From IMG/VR virus record IMGVR_UViG_3300049893_000773, positions 23,663 through 87,662 of that record: 64,000 nucleotides of DNA; one strand, written 5' to 3'. Source of the DNA: a virus. Shown in pieces: positions 56,365 through 64,000 of the stretch (its first letter is position 1; each line of letters starts with the position of its first letter). Made by a program: the position numbers and the translations under genes. The notes under the pieces are model-generated. The model saw only the letters and a list, made by a program, of their open reading frames with translations, was not told the DNA's origin and searched no databases.

Positions 56365-58227
56365 GTGAAGACCTACCTCAGATTTGGCGAAATTCCAAAA
56401 AGTGGCAAATCAGGCATTGGGGATGCCTGGAGACGCCAAGCTGCCCTCTACGGGGAGATTGTTCCGACCGAGGAACAAGGTGTTTCTGTGTATGATGCCA
56501 CCCTCGTTGACATCAAAGGGGTCAAGAAGTGGCGTCCTACGGTCAATGAGTTCCAAACCTTCATGGGGGTCTATGGGGACGCCTGCAAGGGAGCCAGGAC
56601 CATTTACTTGATCACCGGGGAAGAACTGCCGGAAGGTGGTTCCGACGGGGAGCCTTTGCTCAAGGCAGATACCATCAAGGTCCTGAAGAAGCTGAGCTTC
56701 AAGGACATTTACCACAAAGAGATCGACCCAGGGCTCTATGATGATGACTGGTGTCAAGACGGCTTGAAGAGAGAGAAAGAGCTTGGGATCATGGAAAAAG
56801 CGGCCCTGAAGGAGTTTCTGGAAGCAGCAGCCCTTGATGAACTTTCAAAGATCACAGAACCCAAGAGAAGCGGGCTCCCTGTTGATCAACTCGGATTGAA
56901 GCCTGGGGGAGGTGTTCACAACATCGTGACCGTCTACAACCAAGCAACTCCCGAGGAAAAGGAATATTGGGGAAGGTGGTATCACAACGCCAAGTCCGAT
57001 GTCGAGGACCTTGCTGCAACCTACAACCTTCCATTCCCTGTAGCAGCAGCCGTTGTTGCTGTCCTATCTCCAGGAAACAAGTGGGCTCTGAACCTCTTGG
57101 CTGCGGAGAAGGTCCTGAAGGGCGCAGAGAAGATCAACGCCTATCCACGTCAGGTTGCAAGGGCCAAGGAGATCATTCGAACAGGGAACACCAATCTCGT
57201 AACCGGCCCAAAGGTCACCGTCTTCTTCAAGTCCCTGATGGACCCTTCTTCTGTTGAGAAGGACATGGTTCTTGACGGCCATGCCATCAATATTTGGCGT
57301 GGAGCAAAAGAAGCCCTCAAAGGCTTGAAGTCCCCAAGCACCAAGGAACGGGCCCAGATGATCCAGGACTACCAAGAGGCCGCAAAGCAGCTTGGAGTCC
57401 CTGTCCAAGCTGTTCAAGCTACAACTTGGTACATTTGGAAGTACACAGGAAAGACCGCCCCTCTCCCAGTGGAGAAGGGTGTCTACGACGTGTCCAAGTT
57501 CACTGGAGCCAAGCCAGCAAACGACGTAGACGCCATCATGGAGGAGTTCCTGGACGAGTTCAATGCAATGGGCACAGGAGCCGTTCAAGGCTACACAGGG
57601 CCCCTTGGAGCCGATCCTGAGCCTACCCACAAGAAGATGTGGAGCGACCCAAAGAACGAGGGGAAGGGCCCAAAGATGGAATACAACCCAATGCCTTCCG
57701 AGCTTTGGGAGATTGAATGGCCTGGATCAGAGAATCGTCCGCCTGACTACTACCCGCCTACAAGTGAGAACGGCTATTACTATGGAGTGCTCAAAGGCGG
57801 GAAAGGAAAGAAGTCGGAGTTCTCGGTGAATCTAGAAGATGTAGCTGGGCAGCACGATGCGACCACTACAGCCTTGGTTCGTTGCCGAAGCACTGATTTT
57901 GAAAAAGGCAAGGTGGACGCCAAAGTTTTTGAAGCCTGGAACGACAAAGAAGGGCTGTGGATGCCTGTTTCTGAAATGGTAATTCAAGAGAACGTCCTGG
58001 ATCAGATGGGACAGAAGCACGTCGGGGGAGCTTCCAGGAAGAGCCCTTACGGGGACACCTATGTCGGGTTCTCCTCTGGGAAGAATGAAGACGAATCAGG
58101 GCGGGACAAGCAGAGCAAGATCGTCCAGAAGGTCAACAAGAACCTCGACAAGAAGCCGTACAGCCTTCATGATCCTCCAGGAATGGGTATCTCGATTACC
58201 CGTCCTTCCCTCAAGGACAGAAAGTAG
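56365..58227 (+). CDS. Multi-module putative internal head polyprotein with an HhH/glycosylase-like domain
   Basis: GTG start MKTYLRF 5 nt after TATTTA; internal MEKAALKEFLEAAALDE tag; WY..LSP..W..N..GPKV..F..DGH..QA.TW domain. Confidence 0.6.
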   Translation: MKTYLRFGEIPKSGKSGIGDAWRRQAALYGEIVPTEEQGVSVYDATLVDIKGVKKWRPTVNEFQTFMGVYGDACKGARTIYLITGEELPEGGSDGEPLLKADTIKVLKKLSFKDIYHKEIDPGLYDDDWCQDGLKREKELGIMEKAALKEFLEAAALDELSKITEPKRSGLPVDQLGLKPGGGVHNIVTVYNQATPEEKEYWGRWYHNAKSDVEDLAATYNLPFPVAAAVVAVLSPGNKWALNLLAAEKVLKGAEKINAYPRQVARAKEIIRTGNTNLVTGPKVTVFFKSLMDPSSVEKDMVLDGHAINIWRGAKEALKGLKSPSTKERAQMIQDYQEAAKQLGVPVQAVQATTWYIWKYTGKTAPLPVEKGVYDVSKFTGAKPANDVDAIMEEFLDEFNAMGTGAVQGYTGPLGADPEPTHKKMWSDPKNEGKGPKMEYNPMPSELWEIEWPGSENRPPDYYPPTSENGYYYGVLKGGKGKKSEFSVNLEDVAGQHDATTTALVRCRSTDFEKGKVDAKVFEAWNDKEGLWMPVSEMVIQENVLDQMGQKHVGGASRKSPYGDTYVGFSSGKNEDESGRDKQSKIVQKVNKNLDKKPYSLHDPPGMGISITRPSLKDRK

Positions 58228-58271
58228 CTCCAGCGGTAACTTCTTTTTTGTCTGCGCACTATGCTACCTCC

Positions 58272-58511
58272 ATGACAGAGAAGGTTAGCAAGCGCAAGCA
58301 GAAGAAGTCTGAGAACACCGAATTCGCCCCCACTAGCGGACCAGGGCAACTCCTTTGGATTTCGGCAGGGGAGCTTCGAAGGGTTATCGAGATTATCGCC
58401 GCCTCAGAGGAAATCTCGATTCAGGAAGCTGCTCAGAGCGTGAACGAACTCTTGGTGGCCAAGACCTTGATCATTGCTCCCACCTTCGCAAGGCTTGAGG
58501 TGCGTCCATGA
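58272..58511 (+). CDS. Hypothetical protein
   Basis: ATGA overlap with thyA. Confidence 0.5.
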   Translation: MTEKVSKRKQKKSENTEFAPTSGPGQLLWISAGELRRVIEIIAASEEISIQEAAQSVNELLVAKTLIIAPTFARLEVRP

Positions 58512-59482
58512 GACAATATCAAGAAATGCTTCGCCACATCCTTGAGAATGGCGAATACATCGGGAATGGTAGGACCAAGGAAGGCTACTACAGCGTCTTT
58601 GGCTACCAGAACCGCTACAACCTCCGTGATGGTTTCCCATTGGTTACCACAAAGAAGGTTCCCTTCCGCTTGATTGCCTCGGAGTTGCTCTGGTTCCTTA
58701 GCGGAAGCAGCAACGTCAAGGACCTCCAAGCCCAGAATAACCACATTTGGGATGAGTGGGCCACCAAGGAGCAATGCGCCAAGTTTGGGCGCGAAGAAGG
58801 CGACCTTGGACCTGTCTATGGTCCTTTGTGGAGGAAGTGGGAAGCTGTGTCCAGGTGCACACCTCCTGCTTGGGAGCCGCTGTTCAACGCAAAAGGAGAA
58901 CAGGTTTCGGCAATGCCTCCAAGAGCTCCATACATGAATCCCGACAACCCACAATTGGAAAGAGAATGGAATACGCTGTGGAGCATGGGATTGTCTGTGA
59001 CCAAAATTGACCAAATTGCTCGTGTGATTGAGCGAATCAAGACGAATCCGTCTTGCCGCAGGTTGATTGTCTCCGGTTGGAACCCTGCAACCTGCGACAA
59101 GGTTGCTCTCCCACCTTGCCATACCCTGTTCCAGTTCCGGGTATCTCATGGAGGAACGAGGTTGAACTGCCAGCTTTACCAGAGGAGCGCTGATGCCTTC
59201 CTGGGAGTTCCGTTCAACATCGCTTCCTACGCCCTCTTGACCCACATGGTCGCCCAGGTGACGGGTTTGGAGGTTGGTGAGTTCATCCACACCTTCGGGG
59301 ACCTGCACGTCTACGAGAATCACGTGGATCAGGTGAAGCTTCAGCTTTCCCGGCCCCCAATGACCCTTCCAACCCTCTGGTTGAACCCGGAAGTCAAGAA
59401 GATCGACGACTTCAAGATGGAAGACATTCGCCTGGATGGGTACGAGGCTCACCCGGCAATCAAGGGAGATGTAGCGGTATGA
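58508..59482 (+). CDS. thyA: Thymidylate synthase
   Basis: [49 protein letters not shown] and GDLHVYENH motifs. Confidence 0.96.
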   Translation: MRQYQEMLRHILENGEYIGNGRTKEGYYSVFGYQNRYNLRDGFPLVTTKKVPFRLIASELLWFLSGSSNVKDLQAQNNHIWDEWATKEQCAKFGREEGDLGPVYGPLWRKWEAVSRCTPPAWEPLFNAKGEQVSAMPPRAPYMNPDNPQLEREWNTLWSMGLSVTKIDQIARVIERIKTNPSCRRLIVSGWNPATCDKVALPPCHTLFQFRVSHGGTRLNCQLYQRSADAFLGVPFNIASYALLTHMVAQVTGLEVGEFIHTFGDLHVYENHVDQVKLQLSRPPMTLPTLWLNPEVKKIDDFKMEDIRLDGYEAHPAIKGDVAV

Positions 59483-59637
59483 AGGACGTGAATCTGCACC
59501 TATGGGCCAAGGAAGCCATCAAGGGTGGGGTGATTGAGCGGCTTGAAAAGGCTATTGCTTCCACTTCTGATCCCTTCATGAAAGCCCTTCACCTTGAACA
59601 AATCAAACAAATCAGGCAGCTAGCCTCAGCCTCGTGA
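59479..59637 (+). CDS. Small hypothetical protein (52 aa, not in the ORF track)
   Basis: ATGA and GTGA overlaps at the two ends; [17 protein letters not shown]... Confidence 0.55.
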   Translation: MKDVNLHLWAKEAIKGGVIERLEKAIASTSDPFMKALHLEQIKQIRQLASAS

Positions 59638-60008
59638 GTAGAGTTGACATGATCACAGAAAATTGCATCAAAAAGTGGAGAACGACTGGCCTTCTTGAAG
59701 GACTTTCAGGAGAACCTGAAAGTCGGTGTGCTGAGGTGCTGGAGAACGCAGCAGTTGAAATCATCAAACAAGGGCATGAGGGTCGTACGGTGGAGCTCCT
59801 ATTCCCTGTAATTCGACGGATGGCAGGGGAAGGGTTTTACCCTTCCGATGCTGCTTGGTTGGTTGAGGATTTCCAAAATTGGATGAAGACCCGTGGTTCC
59901 CACATTGACTTCTGCTTCACAGTAGAAGCTGAAGTTGAGTTCTGCGCCCAGTATTCAACAGAATGCCCAGAGAGGTTCAGCAGGAGAAACAATGTCGCTA
60001 GCAATTGA
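59634..60008 (+). CDS. MCP N-terminal-fragment paralog 1
   Basis: IKKWRTTGLLEGL...AEVLENAA...LLFPVIRR vs MCP LSKWSATGLLEGL...SRLLENQV...VAFPIVRR. Confidence 0.75.
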   Translation: MSRVDMITENCIKKWRTTGLLEGLSGEPESRCAEVLENAAVEIIKQGHEGRTVELLFPVIRRMAGEGFYPSDAAWLVEDFQNWMKTRGSHIDFCFTVEAEVEFCAQYSTECPERFSRRNNVASN

Positions 60009-60327
60009 AGACGGAAACTTTCACACGGTCAAGGTTGGGGAGCACTGGAGAATCCAACCTGTTCGCAGCCCCTACATGTGTCCGCTCCTGGAGTGCAACG
60101 GAGAAAAGTGCGATCCGGCGAGGCATATGTGGATGGCTGTGGACCCGGCACATTTGGTGAATGGCAAGCCAAACGATGATTGCTGCTACTTTGACGTGGA
60201 AATCATGAAGGTAACGGATCAAGTCATCGAGTGCAAGACCTTGCCCGAGCCCGATGGAAGCTACCTCGTGTTTGAGGTCTTGAACTCGGACGCCATTGTC
60301 CGGTTCTATCGCAAGGACAGCGTATGA
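59992..60327 (+). CDS. Hypothetical protein
   Basis: AGGAG SD; ATG at 59992. Confidence 0.6.
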   Translation: MSLAIEDGNFHTVKVGEHWRIQPVRSPYMCPLLECNGEKCDPARHMWMAVDPAHLVNGKPNDDCCYFDVEIMKVTDQVIECKTLPEPDGSYLVFEVLNSDAIVRFYRKDSV

Positions 60328-60671
60328 GTTCAACTGCCTGGGCAACATTGTTCTACGGGGCAACCTTCACCACGGCAGAGCTCGAAGCCTTCTTTGGCCT
60401 TGAGCTTGGTGCTGACAACTGGGAGGAGATTGATGAGCGGCTTGAGGACCTTGGTTTCGAGAGGGTTGTTCGGGACTCCTATGCTGATGACTCCGATAGG
60501 GTCATTGTTTCAGCCAAAACGATCGAGGTAAGCCGTTACCAGCATTTCAGGCCAGTATCGCCAGAAGACCTCCATGTTGACATCGAGGTTGGGCAGAAGT
60601 ACCAGGATTTCGTTTTCGCGACGGGCTTGAAGAAGTCCGTTGGTTGGTTCCTTTGTGCAGGAGACGTGTGA
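60324..60671 (+). CDS. Hypothetical protein
   Basis: ATGA coupling; acidic, 115 aa. Confidence 0.6.
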   Translation: MSSTAWATLFYGATFTTAELEAFFGLELGADNWEEIDERLEDLGFERVVRDSYADDSDRVIVSAKTIEVSRYQHFRPVSPEDLHVDIEVGQKYQDFVFATGLKKSVGWFLCAGDV

Positions 60672-60734
60672 AAGAGATGATTGTAGACGCCAGAGCAATT
60701 GGGATCGAGCAAGCAAAGCGACTTCTTACGGAAA

Positions 60735-61118
60735 ATGAGTAATCCACTTGACCAGTTGAACGCCAGGAGACTTTTCATCTATTGGAAGAATACTGGTTTG
60801 CTGGATAACTCTTCCGATCAAGCTCGCTTGGCTTCGTATCTTCAGGAGATGAATAGCCATCTCAAGGCGGTGGCGCCAGAAACGCCAACGGATTTTGAAG
60901 CAGCCGAGATTGTATTGCCGATTATCATTCGATTGACGGATGATGGCATTTGGTTGCCGGTCCCTGTGCTCTACAAAATGCTAGTTGACTGGATTGACAA
61001 CGAGTTCTATAGTTTGGAACTTGATCCCCACATGATCGAGCTTTGGAATCGTGATAAGATCGAAGGCTTTCTTGGCTACATAAGGGAAAAGTATCCCAAA
61101 GGAAAAGATGGAGCATGA
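60735..61118 (+). CDS. MCP N-terminal-fragment paralog 2 (divergent)
   Basis: ARRLFIYWKNTGLLD...LASYLQE...IVLPIIIRL vs MCP APRLLSKWSATGLLE...LSRLLEN...VAFPIVRR. Confidence 0.55.
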   Translation: MSNPLDQLNARRLFIYWKNTGLLDNSSDQARLASYLQEMNSHLKAVAPETPTDFEAAEIVLPIIIRLTDDGIWLPVPVLYKMLVDWIDNEFYSLELDPHMIELWNRDKIEGFLGYIREKYPKGKDGA

Positions 61119-61338
61119 CTTTTTCCCTTTCATTGCTTACGAGAAATGCCGCATTTGCGGGGTGATACGCTTTGAAGTCAAGGCTCTTGTACCCCCAACT
61201 TGGGGTCTGAAACCTGGAGAGCGTCCATTCACCTCGGAGATGAGGGTAGAACGAATTTGTTTCACTTACAGGCAAGAGGGGGAAACGTGGACGACGAAGG
61301 AGCCAGAATGCAAGACTTACCATCCCAAGACGGACTGA
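61108..61338 (+). CDS. Hypothetical protein
   Basis: CRICG motif; overlaps the upstream gene end. Confidence 0.5.
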   Translation: MEHDFFPFIAYEKCRICGVIRFEVKALVPPTWGLKPGERPFTSEMRVERICFTYRQEGETWTTKEPECKTYHPKTD

Positions 61339-61349
61339 GAAGGCTCTGC

Positions 61350-61646
61350 ATGGCCATTCAAAACGGTCCTGAGCGGTGGCAGAAATCTCACGATCGTTGG
61401 CCCACTCTCGACGACGATCTTGCCGATGGGCATGTCGGGAGCATGAATTGGCTCCTGACGACGTTCCTCCAAACGTTTGAAAATGCCAGCACTTCCGACC
61501 AAAGACTTGCTATCCTGGCAATCAAGGATGCGGTGCGATGGCTGGACGCGCATAGGAAAACCAACGCCCTGTTGCTTGAGGTGTACGATCTTGGCAACTT
61601 CATTTCTTGGTGGCACAACGAGAATGTGGGATTTACGTTCAGATAA
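61350..61646 (+). CDS. Hypothetical protein
   Basis: GAAGG SD; ATG at 61350; TAATG coupling. Confidence 0.55.
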   Translation: MAIQNGPERWQKSHDRWPTLDDDLADGHVGSMNWLLTTFLQTFENASTSDQRLAILAIKDAVRWLDAHRKTNALLLEVYDLGNFISWWHNENVGFTFR

Positions 61647-61972
61647 TGGACAAATTCACGGTTGGGCAAAAGTTGATCGGGACAGGGATGAATGACGCGG
61701 GCCTTGACTTTGAGGTTATGGAGGTGGAACCCGTGGTCAAGGTCAAGTGCCTCTCGATCAATGAGTTCTGGCGCAATATCCCCCTGAAGCCATTCCCTGC
61801 TCCCTCTCCTCATGTTGAGCGCATGTGGACTCCAGGGATGGTCTATGAGCTTCGGGAGGTGAGCTCCAAGCTCGACCGGGAGGCGCGTGGGTATGCCTGT
61901 TACGTTTCGGTTGACTTCCGCATGCCTTGGCATTGCTTTCTCACGAATGGCCAAGTGATGTATTACCGCTGA
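61646..61972 (+). CDS. Hypothetical protein
   Basis: ATG at 61646 MDKFTVG. Confidence 0.55.
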   Translation: MDKFTVGQKLIGTGMNDAGLDFEVMEVEPVVKVKCLSINEFWRNIPLKPFPAPSPHVERMWTPGMVYELREVSSKLDREARGYACYVSVDFRMPWHCFLTNGQVMYYR

Positions 61973-61979
61973 ATGCCAG

Positions 61980-62007
61980 TTGACATTCGGTATACTGTGT
62001 ATATCAT
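61980..62007 (+). promoter_or_regulatory. Sigma70-like promoter
   Basis: TTGACA-N16-TATCAT. Confidence 0.55.
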
Positions 62008-62013
62008 GCCGTC

Positions 62014-62250
62014 ATGGGAATGAATCTGCCACTTGGTTCGGAGTACATCACTGGTGACGGTGGTGGCCTCGCTTTCAAGCTGATCTCCAATCGGCAGGTG
62101 GTATGCACCAAGAGTGCTCCTCACTGGCAGAGGTTCTTCCAGGTAGGCCACTTGTACTCGATCGACCAGAACGACAATCTGATTGTCGAGGGGGATCGCC
62201 AGAGCAAGCCTTGGGTTGGGTTGAGATTCGATGGTCGGATTATCACTTGA
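62014..62250 (+). CDS. Hypothetical protein
   Basis: ATG 6 nt after the -10 element (possibly leaderless). Confidence 0.55.
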   Translation: MGMNLPLGSEYITGDGGGLAFKLISNRQVVCTKSAPHWQRFFQVGHLYSIDQNDNLIVEGDRQSKPWVGLRFDGRIIT

Positions 62251-62274
62251 CTCCACCGGAACACGAATTAAGCT
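62247..62274 (+). promoter_or_regulatory. Sigma70-like promoter
   Basis: TTGACT-N16-TAAGCT. Confidence 0.45.
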
Positions 62275-62300
62275 GTAATCACGGAAAGGGAACAAACACC

Positions 62301-63131
62301 ATGTGCATCATCGCCGTCAAGCCCGAGAAGGTCCAGTTTACCAAGAACCAGTGCCGCACCATGTGGAACGCCAACCCCCACGGGGCTGGTTTCATGTACG
62401 CAACCGGGAAGAAGGTCGAAATCGTCAAGGGTCTCATGACCTTCGCTGACTTCTGGGATGCGTACGAGGCGGCTGGCCCCCTCCGCAAGATGGTCGTCCA
62501 CTTCCGCATCAAGACGCACGGCGACGTGAACCCGGAGAACACGCACCCCTTCTGGGTTGTGAAGAACAAGTTCGCCCTGGCTCACAACGGGATCATCCGT
62601 CCCCTGGTGGACAAGACCTCGGCTGCTGAGAGTGACACGGCTGTGTTTGCTCGGATGCTGGCCGAGAACTACGGCAATCCCATCGACGCGGTGAACAACT
62701 CGTTCATCCGTTCGACCCTGGAGGAGTACATCGGTCACTCCAAGGTGGTCTTCATGAACGCCAAGGGTGAGACGATCATCCTCAACTCTCGGATGGGTAC
62801 GTGGCACCAGAACGTCTGGTACTCCAACGACTCCTACAAGGAGCCCAAGAAGAGCGAGGCGTCGGAGGGGTGGTCGAAGACCCTGGACCAACTGGTCAAG
62901 AAGTACGGGAAGGATGCTGTCTCCGTCGTTGACGGAAACACCTACCGCCCTCAGAAGGAGTTGAGCGGCCCCAAGCAGCTTATCCAGGCTCCTGAGCACT
63001 TCGCTCCTTCTCCTCCCAAGGCCAGCTACAAGGCTCAGGGTTCGTCGAAGCCCAACACGGTCTTCCACGCCAAGGACTTCGACCAGGATGACGCTGAGTT
63101 GGCCGAGGCGATGCAGAAGTGGGGTAACTGA
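62301..63131 (+). CDS. Class II (Ntn) glutamine amidotransferase
   Basis: Starts MC (catalytic Cys); NPHGAG, HFRIKTHG, NTHPF, HNGII and SDT motifs. Confidence 0.9.
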   Translation: MCIIAVKPEKVQFTKNQCRTMWNANPHGAGFMYATGKKVEIVKGLMTFADFWDAYEAAGPLRKMVVHFRIKTHGDVNPENTHPFWVVKNKFALAHNGIIRPLVDKTSAAESDTAVFARMLAENYGNPIDAVNNSFIRSTLEEYIGHSKVVFMNAKGETIILNSRMGTWHQNVWYSNDSYKEPKKSEASEGWSKTLDQLVKKYGKDAVSVVDGNTYRPQKELSGPKQLIQAPEHFAPSPPKASYKAQGSSKPNTVFHAKDFDQDDAELAEAMQKWGN

Positions 63132-63286
63132 GTCTTGTTCAGGCTGAGCCCCTCACTCCTGGTGCAGGAAATCGTAAAAGTGCAACCCATGAGCCGTCCC
63201 TCTGGGTTGCCTTTCTATTTGGACTTTCAATACGGCGAGAAGAAGAAGAAGAGAAATCCCTTTCGGTGGACCTGTTTAAGGGTACG

Positions 63287-63787
63287 ATGCAAAGACAGGA
63301 AGTAAGCTTGATTGTGGCGGTGGACGATGGAGGGGTGATCGGTCACAATGGGTCTTTGCCAGATTGGCATGCCCCTGGAGACCTGAAGAGGTTCAAGGAG
63401 CTTACCATTGGCAAAAGTGTGATCATGGGTCGCAGGACCTATGAATCCATTGGGAAACCATTGCCAAACAGGTGTAATATCGTTCTGAGCCGCACCTTGC
63501 TCGAAGGAACCGGTATTCACATTGTCCGTTCCTGGGATGAGGCTTTGAAGCTGGCTGCTTTGGTAGCCCAGGGATCGGAAATCATGGTGATTGGCGGTGC
63601 TGACATCTACGCCCAAGCCCTGCCAATTGCCTCTCGTGTGTACTTGACCAGAGTGCACGGCAGGCATCCGGGGGATGCTTTCTTTCCACCTCTTGATCCC
63701 AAGAAATGGGTGGTAGTGGAACAAGTGGCCCTTCCAACCCATTCGTACCTGATTTACGAGCGCAGGGTTAACAACACCTCCTCTTGA
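63287..63787 (+). CDS. folA: Dihydrofolate reductase
   Basis: LIVAV, IG..G.LP.W..PGDLKRFK, IMGRRTYES, PLPNR, IGGADIY and GDAFFP motifs. Confidence 0.95.
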   Translation: MQRQEVSLIVAVDDGGVIGHNGSLPDWHAPGDLKRFKELTIGKSVIMGRRTYESIGKPLPNRCNIVLSRTLLEGTGIHIVRSWDEALKLAALVAQGSEIMVIGGADIYAQALPIASRVYLTRVHGRHPGDAFFPPLDPKKWVVVEQVALPTHSYLIYERRVNNTSS

Positions 63788-63803
63788 TCGTACGCTAGGC
63801 TCC

Positions 63804-64000
63804 ATGACGAAGAATTACGAAGAATTGGGCCAACGTGTTGGAGCCTTGGTGGATGTAAAGAATGCAGCCTACGGTTCCAGCTTTGATGATGCTGGAGACT
63901 TTCTGCGTCTTCTCTACCCGAACGGGATTCAGCCAAGCCAGTACGGCGACGCCTTGGCCCTGGTTCGAATCTTCGACAAGATGAAGCGGATCGCTACAGA
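63804..64000 (+). CDS. Partial DUF1599 / nucleotide-modification-associated (MazG-like) protein
   Basis: MTKNYEELGQRVGALVDVKNAAYGSSF...VRIFDKMKRIAT; runs off the window end. Confidence 0.55.
   Translation, partial: MTKNYEELGQRVGALVDVKNAAYGSSFDDAGDFLRLLYPNGIQPSQYGDALALVRIFDKMKRIAT

Noticed and set aside
63132-63230. Possible ncRNA between GATase and DHFR
   Set aside because: Only one clear stem (GCAACCCA...TGGGTTGC followed by CTTTCT), more simply a terminator; no family features were recognised.
1-64000. Stop-codon reassignment, as seen in some large phages
   Set aside because: Conserved genes are full length in code 11 and end at TAA, TAG or TGA at the expected places.
1-64000. CRISPR array, tRNA, rRNA, integrase, transposase or reverse transcriptase
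   Set aside because: No repeat-spacer pattern, cloverleaf or such protein motifs were recognised by eye. tRNAscan or Infernal would be needed to be sure.

Overview
This is a 64 kb segment of a large, lytic-looking T4-like (contractile-tailed) phage genome read in the standard genetic code, almost all on the + strand. 0.1-41.7 kb is the virion module: portal, prohead protease, scaffold, gp23-like major capsid protein (MCP), neck proteins, two tandem ~1000-aa tail sheaths, tube, tail assembly chaperone, tape measure and baseplate/hub genes. 41.7-56 kb is replication and recombination: an exonuclease-less family A polymerase, HD hydrolase, gp32-like SSB, RecA/UvsX, dUTPase, 5'-3' exonuclease, DnaB-like helicase, class II RNR and SNF2 helicase. 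56-64 kb holds thyA, small accessory ORFs, a glutamine amidotransferase and DHFR. Four observations stand out. (1) A dispersed family of a dozen or more genes shares an amphipathic tag (MKxxDLKxxIxEAVxxALxE) ending in a gp21-type cleavage site. Tagged genes include three protein-kinase-like paralogs, a GNAT, a ParB-like and an HhH-like domain, and a SAM-lyase-like protein may belong. Most sit behind a TANTTA promoter-like hexamer, several apparently leaderless, suggesting a capsid-packaged effector system. (2) Four stand-alone fragments of the phage's own MCP occur: two A-domain-like and two N-terminal. (3) The tail chaperone has a probable +1/-2 frameshift at a T7 run. (4) The SSB leader carries a ~12-nt periodic repeat. 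All calls come from motif recognition by eye; no database searches were run.
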